The notes beneath the pieces are model-generated. The model was given only the letters and a program-made list of their open reading frames with translations. It made no database searches and was not told the origin of the DNA. The position numbers and the translations under genes were made by a program. DNA of 51,615 nt. Source: Macrostomum lignano. Taxonomy: Eukaryota. Below, piece after piece: positions 48,794 to 51,615 of this stretch. The stretch spans positions 1 through 51,615 of the forward strand of contig NIVC01004288.1 in assembly GCA_002269645.1 (NCBI GenBank), read 5' to 3'. Every line of letters starts with the position of its first letter. Within the stretch, counting starts at the first letter, position 1.

Positions 48794-51615
48794 GCCGGCA
48801 GGAAGCTGCGCGGACCACTTGTGGAATTCCCGGAGTGGACATCCTGCAGCTTAACCTGCACCACTGCATCGCGGCCTCGACCAACCTGATGCGGGTGGCA
48901 AACTTTGCGAAACCGGGCATCATCCTACTCCAGGAGCCCTGGACAAAGAAAGGTAAGATTCCGAATATTCCTGCTGGTTTTGACTGTTTTCAAGACCCCC
49001 AAAACCCCAGAGCAGCCATTTTCGTATCTACCCACCTCAAAGCTTGGCACAGACCGGACCTCTCTGACAGAGACCTCTGTGTCATTCAGTCCAACCACAT
49101 TATCACCAACCGCACAGTCATCATCGCCTCGATCTATATCCCTGGCGATGGCCCCGCGGTTCCACCCAACCTCACCTCCCTCGTGGACTACTGCTCTAAC
49201 CGTAGGTTCGAGCTGCTGGTGGCGGGCGACATCAACGCTCACCACACCCACTGGGGCAGTAATACTGGTACTTCCAATAGCAGAGGCGAGGAACTCCTTG
49301 CTTACATCTGCACCACCAACACTGAGTTTTGCAACATTGGTGGAACCCCCACCTTTGACAACGGGCGATGGACGGAGGCCCTCGACGTTACCCTCGTCTC
49401 CATGGCTTGGCTCCTTTAGTCAAGGTCTGGGAGGTGTGGGACGAAGAGGAGTCTCTGTCTGACCATCGCTTCGTTCGTTTTCGTTTGCAATCCTCTTGCC
49501 CCAAGCCTAACATTCTGTGGAAAAGGAACGTCCGGAACACTGATTGGACGGCTTTCACGGAAACCCTGAAATGCCAGACAGATCAGCTGACTACCGTCGC
49601 TGCAACCACCTGTCAGGAAGTGGATGACCTTGCAGACTTGCTCAGCAAGACCGTCCTGACAGCCCATAAGGCTTCCTGTCCTCTTAAAGCCTACAAAGGC
49701 AAAAAATCCGCCCCCTGGTGGCACCCGGCGCTCGGATCCCTCCGGCGCAAGGCAAAGTGCCTCCAATGGAAAGCTCGCAAGAGCAAGGACCCAGCTGACC
49801 TGGCCGCCTATCAAGAAGCGATCCGCGACTTTAAGCGTGAAAGCAGGAAAGCCAAGTCCGACAAATGGCGCCAATACTGCGCGGAGTTAGAAGGCACCCG
49901 CCCTACTTCGCGCGTAGTTAAGGCTCTCACCCTCGACAAAATGTCAAAGCTCTCAGTCATTAAAAGACCGGACGGCCGGCTCGCTGAGAACCCTGGGGAA
50001 TCGCTGGACATTATGCTCACCAGCTCTTTCCCACGTGCCGCACCGCAGCTAGGCCCACCGGACCACTCTCCGGGCGGACAGATCCTGGCTTCGACCATCA
50101 TTACTAGAGAGAGGACGGCTCGCGCCGCAAAATCCTTCTCTTCTTTCAAGTCCCGGGTCCTGACAACATTTATCCTGCCTTCCTTCATGAGGCAGTTAAA
50201 AATGACAGGTTTCTCGGCCTCCTCTGCAACCTCTTCAAGGCCAGCATTACCCTCGGTACGTGCCAAAAGCCTGGCAAGAGGCTACGGTAGTCTTCATACC
50301 CAAGCCAGGAAAGGGAGACTATCACTCCGCCAAAGCTTACCGCCCTATCAGTCTGACGTCCTTCTTCCTCAAACTGATGGAACGGCTGGTGCTCTGGCGC
50401 CTTCTCCTTGTTAAGCTGAGGAACTCCCCGCTCTCCCCTAATCAGCACGCCTTTCGTCCTGGACGTTCCATCGAAAGTGCGCTGCACGCCATTGTCGACA
50501 AGCTGGAGCGCGCCGTGCTTGGCAGTGGATACGCGCTGTCGCTTTTCCTCGACATTGATGGTGCTTTTAACAATGTGCTCTTTGAAGCCTTTAAGCGAGC
50601 CCTGGAATCCCGGGGCACGCACGAGCACCTCACCCGCTGGATCATGTACATGGTCTCCCATCGTACTGCCACCTCGCACCTCCTGGGACACTCACGCTCC
50701 GTGGAAGTCCAGAAAGGCGGACCGCAAGGTGGAGTCCTCAGCCCGATCCTCTGGAACTTAGTCATGGACGAGCTGCTTTGCAGCCCGCATCCGGACCCTG
50801 TTCAGAAGGTCGACTATGCGGACGATGTTACCGCCACTGTGGCTGGACCATCGCCCACGGTCCTCAGGGACCTCCTTCAAGCCTTCATCCACCGTGCCGA
50901 GCGCTGGGCACATAGCTGCGGTCTCAGGTTCTCTGAGTCTAAAACCGTGGCTATCATGTTCACCAGCCGCCGAAACTGGAGGATCGAACCGCTCTCCCTC
51001 TACGGAAAACCTGTTGCCATGGAGAAACAATTTAGATGTCTGGGCGTCACCCTCGACCACAGGTTGAGCTGGACCCCGCACGTCCAAACCAAAGCCCGCA
51101 AAGCTCTCGCGACTCTCGCGCAGATCCGCAGAGCTTTCGGTGCTACCTGGGGCCTCACCCCCCGCCGCCTCTGGTGGATTTACACTGCCATTGTTAGACC
51201 GGCCATCTCCTTCGCCGGCTTCATTTGGAACAGTGCCCTAGAGGTGAAAGGGGTTCTTGAGGTTTTAAATAGGGTGCAAGGCCGCGCTTGTCGAGCTATC
51301 ATGAGCGCGGCTCCCTCAACGCCCTTCGCTGGCATGAACTCCTTCTTGGACATTCCCCCCCTCGACCTCTTTGTTAGAGGGGAGGCAATGAAAACCACCC
51401 GTCGTCTGCTTGACGCGGGTGTCCAAATCCAGACGCAGTTTGCCTTCAGAAAGCGGAACCTCCGGCCGCATGGCGACCTCAGCCTGCGAGACCTGGAAGC
51501 AGCGGAGGCCTGCTGACCTCTCGGACGGAATCCCGTCACGCTCTGCCCCCGCTCAAATTCAAAACCAGCATTCCACCACGCCATGAAAGCGAGAGACAAC
51601 TGGAAACCCATGAAA
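48790..51615 (+). pseudogene. Retrotransposon ORF2 (APE endonuclease + reverse transcriptase), broken by four -1 frameshifts
   Basis: APE motifs ILQLNLHH, LLQEPW, IASIYIP, AGDINAHH..WGS, SDHRFV; KS(P)GPDNI; RT core. Frameshifts at about 49401, 50152, 50257 and 51503; no in-frame stops in the reconstructed path. Confidence 0.85.

Larger units (their letters stand above)
46870..51615 (+). mobile_element. Non-LTR retrotransposon, LOA/R1-group-like (5' UTR, ORF1, ORF2 APE+RT; runs off the window)
   Basis: Shift to GC-rich sequence near 46870; two-ORF layout; RT motifs WQEATVVFIPKPGK, YRPISL, QHAFRPGRS, FLDIDGAFNNV, PQGGVLSPILWN, YADD (50815-50826), LGVTLD, and WGLTPRRLWWIYTAIVRP typical of LOA-like elements. 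The 5' boundary is approximate and the clade is judged by eye. Confidence 0.9.

Overview
Eukaryotic, intron-rich genomic DNA. By manual tally about 40-45% of the window is tandem repeat. The layout (minisatellite-stuffed introns, GT-AG genes) resembles a Macrostomum-like flatworm genome, but this is inference only. I assembled three minus-strand genes by hand from splice sites with consistent reading phase: (1) the last three exons of a guanylyl cyclase (45642-44647); (2) a complete PPIP5K/VIP1 inositol-pyrophosphate kinase/phosphatase (42049-32892, 8 coding exons, 1217 aa); (3) a type II membrane M1 aminopeptidase N-like gene (26849-10350, 15 exons, intact GAMEN and HEXXH(18)E) whose first visible exon has no initiator ATG. 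A LOA/R1-group non-LTR retrotransposon (ORF1 + APE-RT) occupies about 46870 to the window end on the + strand. There are two TIR/TSD-defined non-autonomous DNA transposons (hAT-type 35818-36808, PIF/Harbinger-type 30471-31061) and about 35 tandem arrays. Most long ORFs in the supplied track are repeat artefacts. Best leads: a CPEB3/HDV-like ribozyme fold in the retrotransposon 5' UTR (47031-47099); phase-0 acceptors at the heads of both complete genes that would be in frame with a flatworm spliced-leader AUG; a MITE that carries a minisatellite; an unannotated spliced gene candidate with a 30-nt micro-exon; and intronic arrays made of decoy splice sites.
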